Position numbers and translations under genes: made by a program. 64,000 nucleotides of DNA from Eledone cirrhosa (lineage: Eukaryota): positions 375,410,001 to 375,474,000 of the forward strand of contig OZ024741.1 in the NCBI GenBank assembly GCA_964016885.1, given 5' to 3'. Below the pieces are notes generated by a model that saw nothing but the letters and a program-made list of their open reading frames with translations, was not told the origin of the DNA and made no database searches. Positions 27,257 to 40,791 of this stretch are shown piece by piece. The first letter of the stretch is position 1. Each line of letters opens with the position of its first letter.

Positions 27257-27344
27257 CATATATACATACATATACATACATACATATACATACATATACA
27301 CACATAAAGATACATAACTAAATATACATATATACACATACACG

Positions 27345-27375
<31 letters not shown>

Positions 27376-27386
27376 GCACGTGTATA

Positions 27387-27424
<38 letters not shown>

Positions 27425-27649
27425 TATGTCCGTATATATACCCCTCCGTTCACACATACATGCATACACACACACACATATACACACATACATCTATATA
27501 TATATACACATGTGTGTGTGTGTGTGTGTGTGTGTGTATACACGTGCGTGTGTGTGTGTGTGTGTGTATGTGTGCGTGTATGTGTATATATGTATATTTA
27601 GTTATGTATCTTTATGTGTGTATATGTATGTATATGTAATGTTATTGCG

Positions 27650-28647
27650 AGGTTGTTTTACACAGAACGATCCTCAACACAAGGAGCACGTTTTGTAAGT
27701 GCTCCCGTCTCCCCGCTTTTGTCTTCTTAAACCTACTGGTTTATATACAGAGAAGGCCCATTCACTTCGGCCATTTTCGCCACAATCACCCACCTTTCAG
27801 CGAATTTACCTGTTCACAGAACAATTGCGTGCAGAACGGTTTCAATGTCCCGCATGCGTCTTGGACAGGTCCTTTTGGCAGAATCCCTGCCAGGGCGTCC
27901 GTGCCGGTAGATTCTGTCTCGAACTGGTAGAGCTTCTCGGTATTACTGCTAGGCCAGAGATCTTTGGAAGTTGTCCATAAGCCTGGATGGAAAGTCTTCC
28001 CAAACAGACTGGCCAGTTCGTCCTCTTCGACGTTCATGTCTTCCCGAGAGCGTCGTCGCACTTATTCTCCACAAACCCTTATAGAATGTTGTCGTGGAGT
28101 TTCCACTGATTGCCGTTTCCGCCTAGTTGAGGGCTGTGAGCGCCTGAGCGCACTCTAGGTGCCAGGTGTCCATTTTCGCTTAATCCAGGACTGCAGCTCC
28201 GTTAGTGAGACGAGCTATGGAAAAGCTTGTCTCATGAACGACGGCCACACCGGTTCACCAGTCAGGAATACCTAGAGATAGCGTAGCCTTAGAGCGTGTT
28301 TGCGCACCATCAGCCACAGCTTGCCAGCCCCCCCCCCGTTAGAAGGGTGTTAGCAATAGATGGATCTCCTCACCAATGGAGCCTGTCTTTTCTAAAGAAA
28401 CTGGAAAAGTAGACGTTCCATTTTGGCGATGTGATCACGGGACAAGGCACGACAATCAAACATTAGTTGATGATGGACGCTATGTAAGTGTCCGCCACTT
28501 CCGCTCGACCTTTTAAGGAGAGTTTGCGTTCAGCCCACTTCTGGATGAGCGCAAATACCTTCGCCGTAAGCTCGTTCCAGTGTTCGTCCACCTGGATGTC
28601 TGGACCGAACCAGACTTCGAGCAATTTCATAGGTCCTTCCGTCCATG
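27650..28647 (-). mobile_element. Decayed Tx1 subfamily B fragment, 5'-truncated and internally deleted
   Basis: WTEGPMKLLEVWFGPDIQVDEHWNE...LSLKGRAEVA...EEDELASLFGKTF; 3' UTR like 46490-46580; stops and frameshifts. Confidence 0.85.
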
Positions 28648-28775
28648 GAACGCGATCATATGCTTTTTCGAGTTCTACGAAACAAACATACACCTCCCAC
28701 AATTTTTGAAAGACCTACCGTTGTGTGAATATTTGGTCATCTGTGCTGCGTCCGAGGCAAAACTGTTCGTCAGTT
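28645..28775 (-). mobile_element. RTE RT fragment
   Basis: FCLGRSTDDQIFTQR...WEVYVCFVELEKAYDRVP, an RT domain 2a-3 signature. Confidence 0.75.
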
Positions 28776-28983
28776 AGATGGTATGAAACTTCAAATCTTA
28801 GTGGTGATTGGGAGACCAGTATGTCTGCAACGTTTGACATCCATAATTCAGCACTTACTAGTGTAATGTTACCATTCCAAAAGTTATGATTTAGCATAAT
28901 ATCTTTAATGAATGTATTTTCTAGCTTTTCATTCCTGCAATGCGTAAATATCAGGAAAATTCCCTCAAACGTGTGTGTGTGTA

Positions 28984-29028
<45 letters not shown>

Positions 29029-30017
29029 ATGTAACTACTGATGAAGTCATAGGGGCGCAATAGTAGGGGCGGTGTAGCCTGGGTATTTCAAGCCCATCTC
29101 GTTTCCTGAAAAGTATAGAGAAACATAGAGAGTAAGTGAGAGAGATATATGGAGGAAGAATCGACCCCAGTACTGAACTAGTACATTATGTTTTAACTAT
29201 CTTAAAATGACGAATGATAAAGTGGATCTCGGCAGAATTTGAACTTACAGCGTAGAGAGCCAAAACAAAGAGTGTAAAGCATTCTATCCGACGTTCTAAT
29301 TCACTACCTATATTTGAGCTAGCACACCTATTCATCCCGGTATTTGAGCTAACACACCTATTCATACCGGTTGTCACCAACATGTCAATAAGGATATAAA
29401 AATATGGTGCTTTTTTACCCTATAAAGTTATCTTTACGAGCCAGCCGATGGTATAACTAGCATGCAAGAAATATTTGGACGACACTCTCGCGATAACTGA
29501 AGAAAAGCTACATAAGTACAAAGAACTCTCAACAATATCAGGAACCACAACATTAAGTCTGAAGTATTCGATTCAGTGGCTTTGTGGAAATATGATTTTG
29601 AAGAAGCAGAAGCAAGGAATCTTTATTATCGTGTACTGCAGAAGACGGGCAAAGCAGATGTAATAGAATAATATAGCGTCAGAAGACTAGAAGATACACA
29701 AAGTGTTAACAAAAGAAATAGCGGATTAATTTTTTGTTGGTGACAGCAAAAGTAGTCAAGATAGTGTTAAACGAAACCTTAATAATGCCATTTTGTATAA
29801 GGACTAATCAACTAAAACTGACGTTCAGCAATGAAGCAGCACAAGAAAAGTACAGAAGGATTGATTAAAACGTGGCCAAGAGGATTGGATTAATATATCA
29901 TTCAATGACAGGAGAAGACAAATAGACAGGTTGTCAGAACTAGAACTCTGCTTCAGTTGTAAATGAATATCTAATTCATGACACATTATTTGACGAACAG
30001 AATAATATTCTGTTTTC

Positions 30018-30054
<37 letters not shown>

Positions 30055-30059
<5 letters not shown>

Positions 30060-30600
30060 ATACTTTGGGAGGGTCATGTTGCCAATAAGAAACACACGCA
30101 CCAGTTGCTTTCACTTCAATTTATTATATATTTATAAATTTATAAATTTACAAATCTACAAACTTATAAATTTCTGGTTGGTTGGTTGGTTCCACAACCA
30201 GATAGTTGTTTATATATAGTCATAGTACTTTCGTCACACACTCTGTGACCTCTTCAGTGACTGGGGATTCCTCTCTTTGTTTCTGTGCCTTTCCTTTCTT
30301 CTGTCCTACGCCATTTTGTTTCTGTGTGTGTGTTGTGTGCTCAGTTTGCGCATGCGCCACATCCGGGTGTCTGTTTGTGTTCATTTATCTATTTGTTTAC
30401 ATGTTGTTGGTTGGTTGTTTGTTCTATGTGTGTGTGTGTTTTCATTTTGTCCTTAATTGTAAGTTGTGATGTTGCTGTTCCACTCATATTTTCTATTTAA
30501 TTTTGGTTGTAATTCTTTTATGCTTACTGCCTCTGTAATTTGCCTAAACATTGCATCTTTTCTGTGTGTGGATTCTATTTTTATTTCTATGTTCTCTAAT
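30055..30600 (-). mobile_element. Penelope-like pLTR/3' fragment
   Basis: Carries a complete hammerhead; its terminus ATGACCCTCCCAAAGTATAACAAT before (AT)n is shared with segments at ~41310, ~41620 and ~51545. Confidence 0.6.
30218..30262 (-). ncRNA. Type I minimal hammerhead ribozyme
   Basis: Minus strand AGTCA-CTGAAGA-G-GTCACA-GAGTG-TGTGAC-GAAA-GTAC-TA-TGACT: 5 bp stem I, 6 bp stem II, short palindromic stem III, predicted cleavage after CUA. Confidence 0.8.
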
Positions 30601-31137
30601 TTTAAATGGAAAATTTTAAATGGAAAATTAGGAAAGTGATCTAAGAAATATTTGAGTTAAATACCCAAAGCAGAGAACATAGATATGGGAAAAACTGCAA
30701 GGTACGCAGTCAATTAGACTGGCATTTTTATAAGAAAATCATGTTGGCGACGACATTTTGAGTCACAAATTATATCGCGTTAGTGTGCGTAGTTCGGGGA
30801 TCAAGGAGTCGTTCCTGGTAGAGCTGCTACTTCTCTACATTAAGAGATCACAGCTCTGGTACTACGGGCATGTCGTTAGAAGTGTATCAATGTTAAAACT
30901 CACAGGCCTTTTACGCGTTATGATTTGAATGGCACAATCATTACGAATTATCTTGCGTGTTTCAATCACATGATAAACAATTAAAATGATTTAAAAGTAT
31001 TATTATTTGTTTATTTATTTATTTATCCTTACGGGGTCAATAAAATAAAGCATCAGTGACGTACCGGGGTTGATTAATCGATTTTTCTCTCCCTCAAAAT
31101 TATTGGCTTTATGCCTAAATAAGAAACCATTATTCAT

Positions 31138-31180
<43 letters not shown>

Positions 31181-31454
31181 TGTTGAGATTATCACCAGAT
31201 ATTTTACAAACTGTACATTTCCATAACTGAGGGTGATAAGACATGAGTATTAAAGAAGCTAAAGGAGTCCTTAATTCTGAAAATTAAGACACCACATTTT
31301 CCCAGTAGTTTGACTCTATGGGAAAGAGTTATACCAATTTACTTTTAAATAATTATTATCAATATTTTCAGGCATGGGGTATTCCTGAAGGCAGTTTACG
31401 GAATAGTCAAGTAATTAGACTGTTTGATCAGGGTTGCATTATTTTTAAACCTGA

Positions 31455-31650
31455 CATGGCGGTAGATTGGCAATACCGGTAGAGCGTCAGACGCCATGCT
31501 TTGCAGCATAGAGTTATGGCCCTGTACTTTCTGAGTTCAAATCCCACCGAGGTTAACTTTGCCTTTCTTCCTTACGGGGTCGATAAAATAAAACACCAGT
31601 AATGCACTGGGATAATTGCTGGGCTTGTGCCAAAAGTAGAAACAATTATT
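31455..31650 (+). mobile_element. SINE family A
   Basis: Same A box, B box and body as 5001-5190. Confidence 0.85.
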
Positions 31651-32084
31651 TTAAAACCTGACTAAGCTGAATGAAGCTTCGTACCCTTACAGGAACTAGA
31701 GCCCCGTAATATATATATATTTAATTTCCCGTAGTGGGATGAAAAATTGAAATGCCAGAGAGGGCCCTGAAATATCTGAGAGCCTGGGGTTATTACAACC
31801 CAGTGTTTGATTATCTCAGAGAAGTTTGCATAATTCCCCGAATTGTGAATCTAAAATTTTAATAAGAGACTTTATCCTAAATCCTATGTTTCAGAATTTC
31901 GTCCTGGTTTATTGGCATCATCAGAGCCAGCCAGGAAGTTTGTACGGTCTTGTTTGACTCATTTCAGACACCCACAGACACACAGACACACAGACATACA
32001 CATACATCCACTTACAAACACACCATCTCCATTTACAAATATATAAACTGACGCACTCATCCACGCATTCAGTAATACACAAAC

Positions 32085-32117
<33 letters not shown>

Positions 32118-32734
32118 GAGACCTAACTCAAATATAGTTCCACACAACCAACCATCGTTCAATCACTCAAGTGCACATACACATGCACTACCACATGTAT
32201 ATGTACTCTTATACGTGCATGTAATTTTAATATATACATACGTACACATACACACTCCCACGTAGATTATCTCTTCTTTCTTCCTTTCACCCTCTCTATT
32301 GCCACCAACTACCATCGTCCTCATGTCAACCTACCCATTCTCACATGTCTACTAACACTTGAAACTATATCCTTTCTGTCTCGAAACACAGGAAATATTA
32401 CAACATGTCAAACAGATTATAATGTTAACCTGCTAATAATGATTTAACAATAATAACATAGGAATAATGCCATATATATGGAGAAGAAGAGATGATGATG
32501 AATGAGACCTCAGTAAATGACTGGTGCAACTTGTTTATTTCTATTTGTTAATGAAGGCCAAGGTCAAGAGAAAAGTCAAATTCTGGTAACATTTGAACTT
32601 ACAATGCAACCACCCACAAAAAAATCCCAACAAACAAAGTGTCTAAATATCACAAGGCATTTTAAGTTGTAGGTTACTGTCAATCAAACATCCACACAAA
32701 AGTCCAGTAATTTTTTTAGTGACAAGGAAATTCA

Positions 32735-33697
32735 ATTATCTCGAACCCAGTACTTAACTGGTACTTTACTTTATCGACTTCGGAAGGTGGAAAGGCAAAG
32801 TTGAACTCCATCGAATTTGAAACCAGAACAAAGATGGACGTAACGAAATACTATTATGCGGTGGATTGGTAGTATCGGTAGAGAGTCGGACGCCATGCTT
32901 TGCAGCATAGAGTTACGGCCCTTTATGATCTGAATTAAAATCCCGCCGAGATTAACTTTGCCTTTCATCCTTACAGGGTCGATAAAATAAAGTACCAGTA
33001 ACGCACTGGGATAATTACTGGCCTTGTACCAAAAGTAATAACAATAATGTATTTCACCCGACGCACTAACGATTCTACCAATCCATTGTCATAAAAAGCT
33101 CTAATAATTGTTTCTACTTTGGGCACAAGGCCAGCAATTACCCAGTGCATTACTGGTACTTTATTTTATCGACCCCGTAAGGATGAAAGGCAAAGTTAAC
33201 CTCGGCGGGATTTGAACTCAGATCATAAAGGGGCGTAACTCTATGCTACAAAGCATGGCGTCCGACCCTCTACCGATACTGCCAAAATAATTGTTTCTAC
33301 TTTAGGTACAAGGCCAGCAATTACCCAGTGCATTACTGGTACTTTATTTTATCGACCCCGTAAGGATGAAAGGCAAAGTGAACTTCGGCGGGATTTGAAA
33401 TCAGACCGTAAAGGGACGTAACTATGCTGGAAAGCATGGCGTGCGATCCTCTACCGATACTGCCAATCCACCGCCCATAATGGTTATGATTTAGGCACAA
33501 GGTCAACAGCTTTGGTGGAGGAGAAATTCGATTAAATCGATTACAGTGCGTTACTGGTACTTTATTTTATTGACCCCGTAAGGATGAAAGGCAAATTTAA
33601 CCTCGGCGGGATTTGAACTCAGAACATAAAAGGCCATAACTCTATGCTGCAAAGCATGGTATCCGACGTTCTACCGATACTGCCAAACCACCGCCCT
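32735..33697. mobile_element. Cluster of SINE family A copies (one +, several -, partly nested)
   Basis: Copies at about 32855-33045 (+, inside an older - copy), 33105-33285, 33290-33478 and 33480-33697 (-). Confidence 0.85.
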
Positions 33698-33715
33698 GAA
33701 TGATAATAATAATAA

Positions 33716-35965
33716 TTCTTTTTTTATCAACTACAAGGGTTGGCATAAAGTATAACATTAAGGACAGCACAGGACAGCACAGGACGGTACAGGACGGTAC
33801 AGGACGGTACGAATGGACATTTCTGCGTGGAAAGAAAAAAACAATAACAAAGGAAATAACAAAAAATGAAACAAAGGAAAATTTCCCATTAGCGGAGAGA
33901 TTTCCGAGGGTCACTCGTGGAGAAAGCCCATTAAAAAGCCACGATGACCCTGACCAAAAGGGCAAGTGCCCTCTCCCAGTTTTCCACCTCCAATCTACAG
34001 GCATATACTCAGAGCAGGCACATTCACGCGGACCATCCTTGCCTCTCTCACCCATCTTTCAACAAATTGCTGGGAAGGTAGCACTTCCATCTCACCCTGA
34101 TTTTCCTTTTCAAATGAAATTTGAAAAAACTTAATCAGGGCATCACCGAAGAGGTAAGTGCTCGTCTTCAGCCCTTTCAAATGTGTCCACCACAGGACCT
34201 CTTTCACCATGCCCACCAGGCAGATAAAAACTGCCTGTCCTATCCGGCTAAAGGAAGGCGTTGGGGCAATCCTCACGATGGACACAGCTGATAGCCGGAT
34301 CTGTCGTTCTCGCAACAGCAGGTGTTCGACATCAACCCACAAGTCAGCAATGCTCGAACACTGGACGAGTGCGTGCACAAGGGTTTCGTCGCCATGTGCA
34401 CATCTCGGGCAGGCCTGGCTGACGGCACTTCCATGCCAGTAAAGTTTATCTCGAATTGGCAAAGCTCCAGGGATTTCTGAAAGTTGTCCATGGCTTCACC
34501 AGTGTTGCTGTCCCTTCCACAAGAAGTTGAAGAGCAGACGCTACAATTTGGTGAGGTACGGACCGAGGCCAGACACAACGTTTAGGTGGTAGTAGCTGAT
34601 GGACGCGATGCATGCGTTCACCACTTCTACCCGATCATTCAGTGATAGCTTCCTCTCAGTCCATTTCTGGGTGAGAGAGGCGACCCTGCTCGTTACCTCG
34701 TCCCAGTTTTTGTCTGTCTGAACCAAACCAGACCCCGAGCAATTTTAATCAGTCCATCCATCAAGCACCCGACAACGCTGTTGCACGGCAAGGACCTGCC
34801 TCTTCAGGTACCGAGCCGCAGGACCACCGACTTTTCCTGGTTAATCTTTGCTTCTGTCATAGCCTCGCATTCTCTCAGAGCAAAGCTTATCACCTCAATG
34901 TGTTTTTAGCGCTCGACACCGTTACGGTCATATCGTCGGCATAAGCTGACACGGTTCTTCCGCATCCTATTTGCGCGAGATACCCCTCAATGTTTCCAGT
35001 TTGTGTAGTAATGGCTCTAGAGTCAACATTGAACCGAGCGCATGATGCTGAAGGTTTCAGAAACGTGACCGTTCACTCTCACCAAAAAGTAGATATCGCA
35101 AGGTATCGATGGTTGACTCTATCGAATGCTTTCGATTGATCCAAGTTGATCCAAGTGACAGGTCCCTTAGCTACACTCTCCATGGTGTGTCGCATGAAGT
35201 GGAGGTTGTAATGGATGGATCTGTTTCGAATGGCGCATATCTGCGCTTCTCCTACCAGATCGTGATGACAAACGCTAACCTCGTCGAATACATCTTGGCC
35301 AAAATTTGGAGCCCTCTATTTAGAAGTGATATGAGCCTGAAATTATCTATATAGTCCCCCTTCTTCGGGTCCTTTCTCAATAGCGCAACTACTCCTCGGC
35401 GCACAGAACTTGGAATTCTCCTGTTCTGCAGATAGTTGTAGTAGATATCTGCCAAAAGGTTGTTGAACAAGTCAAGCATGTGAACGTAAAGCTCGTAGGG
35501 CAGACCATCCAAACCAGGAGATTTACTCCTCATGCAGTTGGTCATTGCATCCTATATTTTAGCGTCTGTTATCGGTCTTTCACAGCAGTCCGCCTCCGTC
35601 GTTGAGAACCGCGGCAGGCCGTCGAGGTAGGAACTAATGTCCATCCTGTGATCCGGCCCGCCACTGCTTTCGAACAGTTGAGCGAAGTGCCGTTGAAAGG
35701 CCGTACAAATCTGCTTGGGATCGAGTAACATGTGCCTGTCGTGGTGCGTCAGAAACCAGATAATGGTTTTATTACCACGCTGCGCCTCTGCCACTCGGGC
35801 CATTTAAAGGCTTTCTGCCTCTCGTGTCTAAAAGCATACGCCCTAGCTTTGACAACGCAACATTCATACTTAGCGTTGAAGAAATGCTTGAGGGCCAATC
35901 TCACTGTAAGCACGTCGGTGGCGATGCCTTTACTAAGCGCATCGCCTGACTTTCTAACAGGTTCC
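33716..35965 (-). mobile_element. Old, diverged Tx1 subfamily C copy, 5'-truncated, with (ATT)n tail
   Basis: KSPGLDGLPYELY, FRLISLLN, LDQSKAFDRV, YADD, NFQKS, CPRCAHGDETLVHALVQC in broken frames; 3' end GATAAAAAAAGAATTATTATTATT. Confidence 0.88.
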
Positions 35966-36075
35966 CCCCTTCAAATCCACTATACAAAGGTGAGGTAAGA
36001 AGTTTGAGACCCATGGCATAGTGGAGAACCTCAATATAATGTCTAATGATTTGAAATAGACACCATAAAACTTTA

Positions 36076-36171
<96 letters not shown>

Positions 36172-36492
36172 TATTAGGATTGGTGCTCTGAAATAGCGAT
36201 GTATACATGAATGTATGTATAGTATATTAGCAATACGCCGTATGCTTAATTAAAAACATTTTGAAGACCATACGCTATCAGTTTTAAAGTAGTGACTATG
36301 TCACTTACTTCTTTTCTTCGCCGAAAGAAGGGAGAGAAGCTAACAAACTGTCTGTTTCACGCTGTTGGCGATCATCAGAGCAACGTACTCCCCGCTTTCG
36401 TCGAAAATTATAGAAGCTGGATTCATATAGAATTTCAGTAATAATCAGGAGCTGATTATACAAAGCGATTGCCGATCCAGTAAAAAGAAAAA

Positions 36493-36553
<61 letters not shown>

Positions 36554-37029
36554 TCTTTAAAGCGTTGAAATATCCGAGACCTCCCAGTAGACAACTGATG
36601 AGGACCTCCCTCCTCCCCGTTCTTGCTTTCTTCTTATTCTCATATACATATACATTTGTGTGTGTGTGTGTTTGGCAAAATCTAAGAGAACTTTGTTGGA
36701 CACAACCAAAAATAGAAAATCAAAATAATTTGGGCCTTAATTAGAAAAAATATAGCTTACAGATATTGTTAATAAGAAGACAAACCGGATAAGAGGAAAC
36801 GAAAAACCAAAAATTGCGTGATTGGATAATTGTTAAGAACTGAAGATACAGTGGGAGTATTAGGATAATATTAAACAGACCGAGATGCTAATCCCTAGTA
36901 TTAATTAAACTTGCTGAGAGTAAATGATGCTTAATAACGGAGAATAATGGAAGCCAGCACAATGCAGACGAATTAGAAATATATATATATATTCATATAT
37001 ATATTCAACATTTTAGCTGAAATAAGCTC

Positions 37030-38555
37030 TAATGATTATTTCTAATTTAGGTACGAAGCTAGAAATTTGGTGCGGAGGAGGAATAAGTGGATTTCTTAAC
37101 TTTATTTTATAGACAGACCTCCGGAAGGATGAACAGCAAAGTTGACGTTGACGAGATTTGAATTCAGAACATAATTGTTTCTACTTTTGGCACAAGGCCA
37201 GCAATTACCCAGTACATTACTGGTACTTTATTTTATCGACCCCGTAAGGATGAAAGGCAAAGTTAACCTTGGCGGGATTTGAACTCAGACCGTAAAGGGA
37301 CGTAACTATGCTAGAAAGCATGGCGTCCAACCCTCTACCGATACTGCCAATTCACCGGAACAAACACCACGAAACATTTGTCCGATACACTAACGATTCA
37401 GTCAATCCACCGCCATTAACTAAGCTCTAATAATGGTTTCTAACATAAGGAAAACGCCAGAAATTTGGGTGGGGCAGTCGATTATATCGATCCAGTACTT
37501 AACTGTTACTTTACTTTATCGACCATGGAAATATGAAAGGCAAAATTGACTTCGATGGAATTTGAAACCAGAACGAAGATGAACAATGCATTTCATACAA
37601 CACACAAACGATTCTACCAATCCACTTCCCTAAAACGCTCTAATAATTGTTTCTACTTTAGGCAAAAGGCCAGCAATTACCCAGTACATTACTGGTACTT
37701 TATTTTATCGACCCCGTAAGGATGAAAGGCAAAGTCAACCTCGGCGGGATTTGAACTCAGATCGTAAAGGGACGTAACTATGCTGGAAAGCATGGCGTCC
37801 GATCCTCTACCGATACTGCCAATCCAGTTTCTTATATAGGCACAGGGCCATCAATTTGGGGGGAGGGGAAAGTCGAATAAATCGACCCCAGTGTGTGACT
37901 GGTACTTTATTTTATCGACTCCGTAAGGATGAAAGGCAGAGTTAACCTCGGTGAGATTTGAACTCAGATCATAAAGGGCAGTAACTATATGCTGGAAAGC
38001 GTGGCGTTCGACCCTCTACCGATACTGCCAATCCACCGCCCTCTAAAACGCTCTAATAATGGTTTCTGATTTAGGCACAAGCTCACTAGGTTTGGGGGAG
38101 GGGAAAGTTGATTAAATCTACCCCAATGCGTTACTGATTCCTTATTTTATCGAACCCGTAAAGATGAAAGACAAAGCTAACCTCGAGAGGATTTGAACTC
38201 AGATGTAAAGGGGCGTAACTATATGACGCGATGAATATTGCCTGACGCTTTACAAATACTGTCAATCTATCGCCCTAATCATAATATAATAAAGGGAGTT
38301 GTGAGGCACTCTGTCCTGAATATATTTTCCCTCACGTTAGTAAAATAAGTTGGATTACTTTGAATAAATAATTGTTTCTACTTTTGGCACAAGGCCAGCA
38401 ATTATCCCAGTGTATTACTGGTACTTTATTTTATCGACCCCTTAAGGATGAAAGGCAAAGTTAACCTCGGCGAGTTTTGAACTCAGTCCGTAAAGGGACG
38501 TAACTGTGCTGCAAAGCATGGTGGCCGACCCTCTACCGATACTGCTAATCCACCG
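37030..38555 (-). mobile_element. Head-to-tail array of about 7 SINE family A copies of different ages
   Basis: Repeated TTTATCGAC...GATGAAAGGCAAAGTTAACCTCGG...GATTTGAACTCAG units, all in the minus orientation. Confidence 0.85.
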
Positions 38556-39432
38556 GTAATGAATGAATATTACATAATTTATATACTCAATTTCGTAGCT
38601 GTTGATTAAACATAAATATTCTTATATATAATGATTGTTTATTTTAAGATTCACTTCTTTTAAAATTTTCAAATGTCTACACTTTCAGTTATGATATAAC
38701 GGACGCTATATCACATATCGCTTATATAAACGTTCATATATTTGCATCATTATATCATAAGGTTCATATTTCCGTCACTAATTTTCTTCTTTTTCGTTTT
38801 CATTACATTTCCCCGTAATGCAGTTTATATATATTATCGTCTTGTTTAAATGTATCATGGATTACTTTACTGATTACAGAAGACAGTGTAGCACAGTCTC
38901 TCTTCAATCTCTGTGCATATTGTCAATTGCGATTTTATTTGACGTATATCTACATGCATGTATATTTGCGAATATCAATATGCACACTACACATACTAGC
39001 AGAAAAACCACCCGAAGCGTACTAGCAGAAAAATCACCCGAAATTATAGCGTTTTTCCTTTCAAAATTAGGGCTTATTGAAGATGAAACATCGAATAAAA
39101 GTATATGTTTAAAAATATCTTTAACATTGTAAAACCAATAGAATAATATAAGTATGTGTCTACAAAAAGTATTTGTCTGACTTCTATTATTTCTATAATT
39201 AAGCTTCAAATAAACTGCAATATCTTAGGCATGCATTTTAATTCTAAGCAGGACTGTTTTCTATCACAGATAGGCAGGGAAACATTCTCTTCGTGCTATG
39301 TCTAGAAATGAAAGACAGTTGTCACCAAATCATTTTTTAAAAATGTTAATAATAGTTTAATATAAAAATGTTTATAATAGTGAAAATAATTTAATAGAAA
39401 GAGAAAAAAAAAATAGATTGAGAAGAAAGAAT

Positions 39433-39655
39433 GATTTCTAGTATAGGCACAAGGCCAGTAATTTGGGGGTAGGGCAAAGTCGATTAAATCGACTCCAGTA
39501 CGTTACTGATGCTTTATTTTATCGACCTCGTAAGGATGAAAGGCAAAATTAACCTCGGCGGGATTTAAACTCAGACCGCAAAGGGCCGTAACTCTATGCT
39601 GCAAAGCATCGTGTCCGACGCTCTACCAATACTGCCCTTTTGCTATCCACCGCCC
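39433..39655 (-). mobile_element. SINE family A (long variant)
   Basis: Full head-to-tail match including the GTCGATTAAATCGAC hairpin segment. Confidence 0.85.
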
Positions 39656-40553
39656 TTTTGAAAAGAAAGAATGGAATGTAAAAAAAGAAAATATAAAAAC
39701 GGAAAAGGGAGGCAAGGGCAAGGGCTCTAGTGTCATTGAAAAATGGGAGGCGGATGGTCTCTGGGCCTAGGGCGCGGCGGTATTGGAGCTGCGCCCCGCA
39801 GACAAGACCGCAAAAGCATTCCCGTTGAAAGACCGCAAAATCTTTCCACTTGAAAGAAACGAAGTAGTTGACAACCTTCCAGTCGCGTCGGTGAATTTAA
39901 TGTGGTGGATGTTCAAATTGAACGGTTATACTAGTTGGATTCAGCTCTGGAAAGGAAACGTTAATGAAAACTGTTTAGTGCAGCCGGGGCAGGAGAGTGA
40001 GACATAATACAGAAGAGGAAAGAAGAAAGGATAGATTTATATGGTGTGATGAGAGGTTCCTGCTAATTTGAAAAGTAGAGTTCATTGTAGTTGCAAGAGA
40101 AGAAGCAGAGAAAAGAAAGTGTATCCGTGTATAACGTAAGTCTTTGCCAATCAGCCGAATAACTAAGACACAGCTTTATCACGTATGGTATTTTCTTCTT
40201 TTGAGAACATATTAGAAAATAGCACGAAATTGCCTACAAAGGCATCTTCTAAATATATTTTGATTAAATGCTTTGCTTTTGAAATCATCTCACCATAGCA
40301 AAGAGATTTATTACGCGTAAATTGATTTCCTTTTTCTGTTTTCTCTTTCTCCGTGAAACGAGACAAAAAATCGTGCGCCAGTATTTCACAAATCATTAAA
40401 TTCAGTTAATGAGCTAATTTGAAGAAGCTTTAAATTCCCGAGGAAATAATTTGTACAGTTAACAAAATAATATCCCCTTAGAGGGCGACTAAATCAGCCA
40501 TTCTCGCATTCTCGCTTAATGATATATTCATTTGATAAATTCCAACAGAACGG

Positions 40554-40658
<105 letters not shown>

Positions 40659-40699
40659 TGAGAGGGGGTGGGGCATATATATATATGGGTATATATATA

Positions 40700-40791
<92 letters not shown>

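Noticed and set aside
28463-28702. Apparent chimeric RT ORF (EKAYDRVPW-TEGPMKLL)
   Set aside because: Chance in-frame junction of an RTE fragment and a 5'-truncated Tx1 copy; both are decayed.
37030-38555. Regularly repeated units resembling a CRISPR array or tRNA gene cluster
   Set aside because: Units are ~190-220 bp SINEs with degenerate tRNA heads; there are no unique spacers, cas genes or intact cloverleaves.
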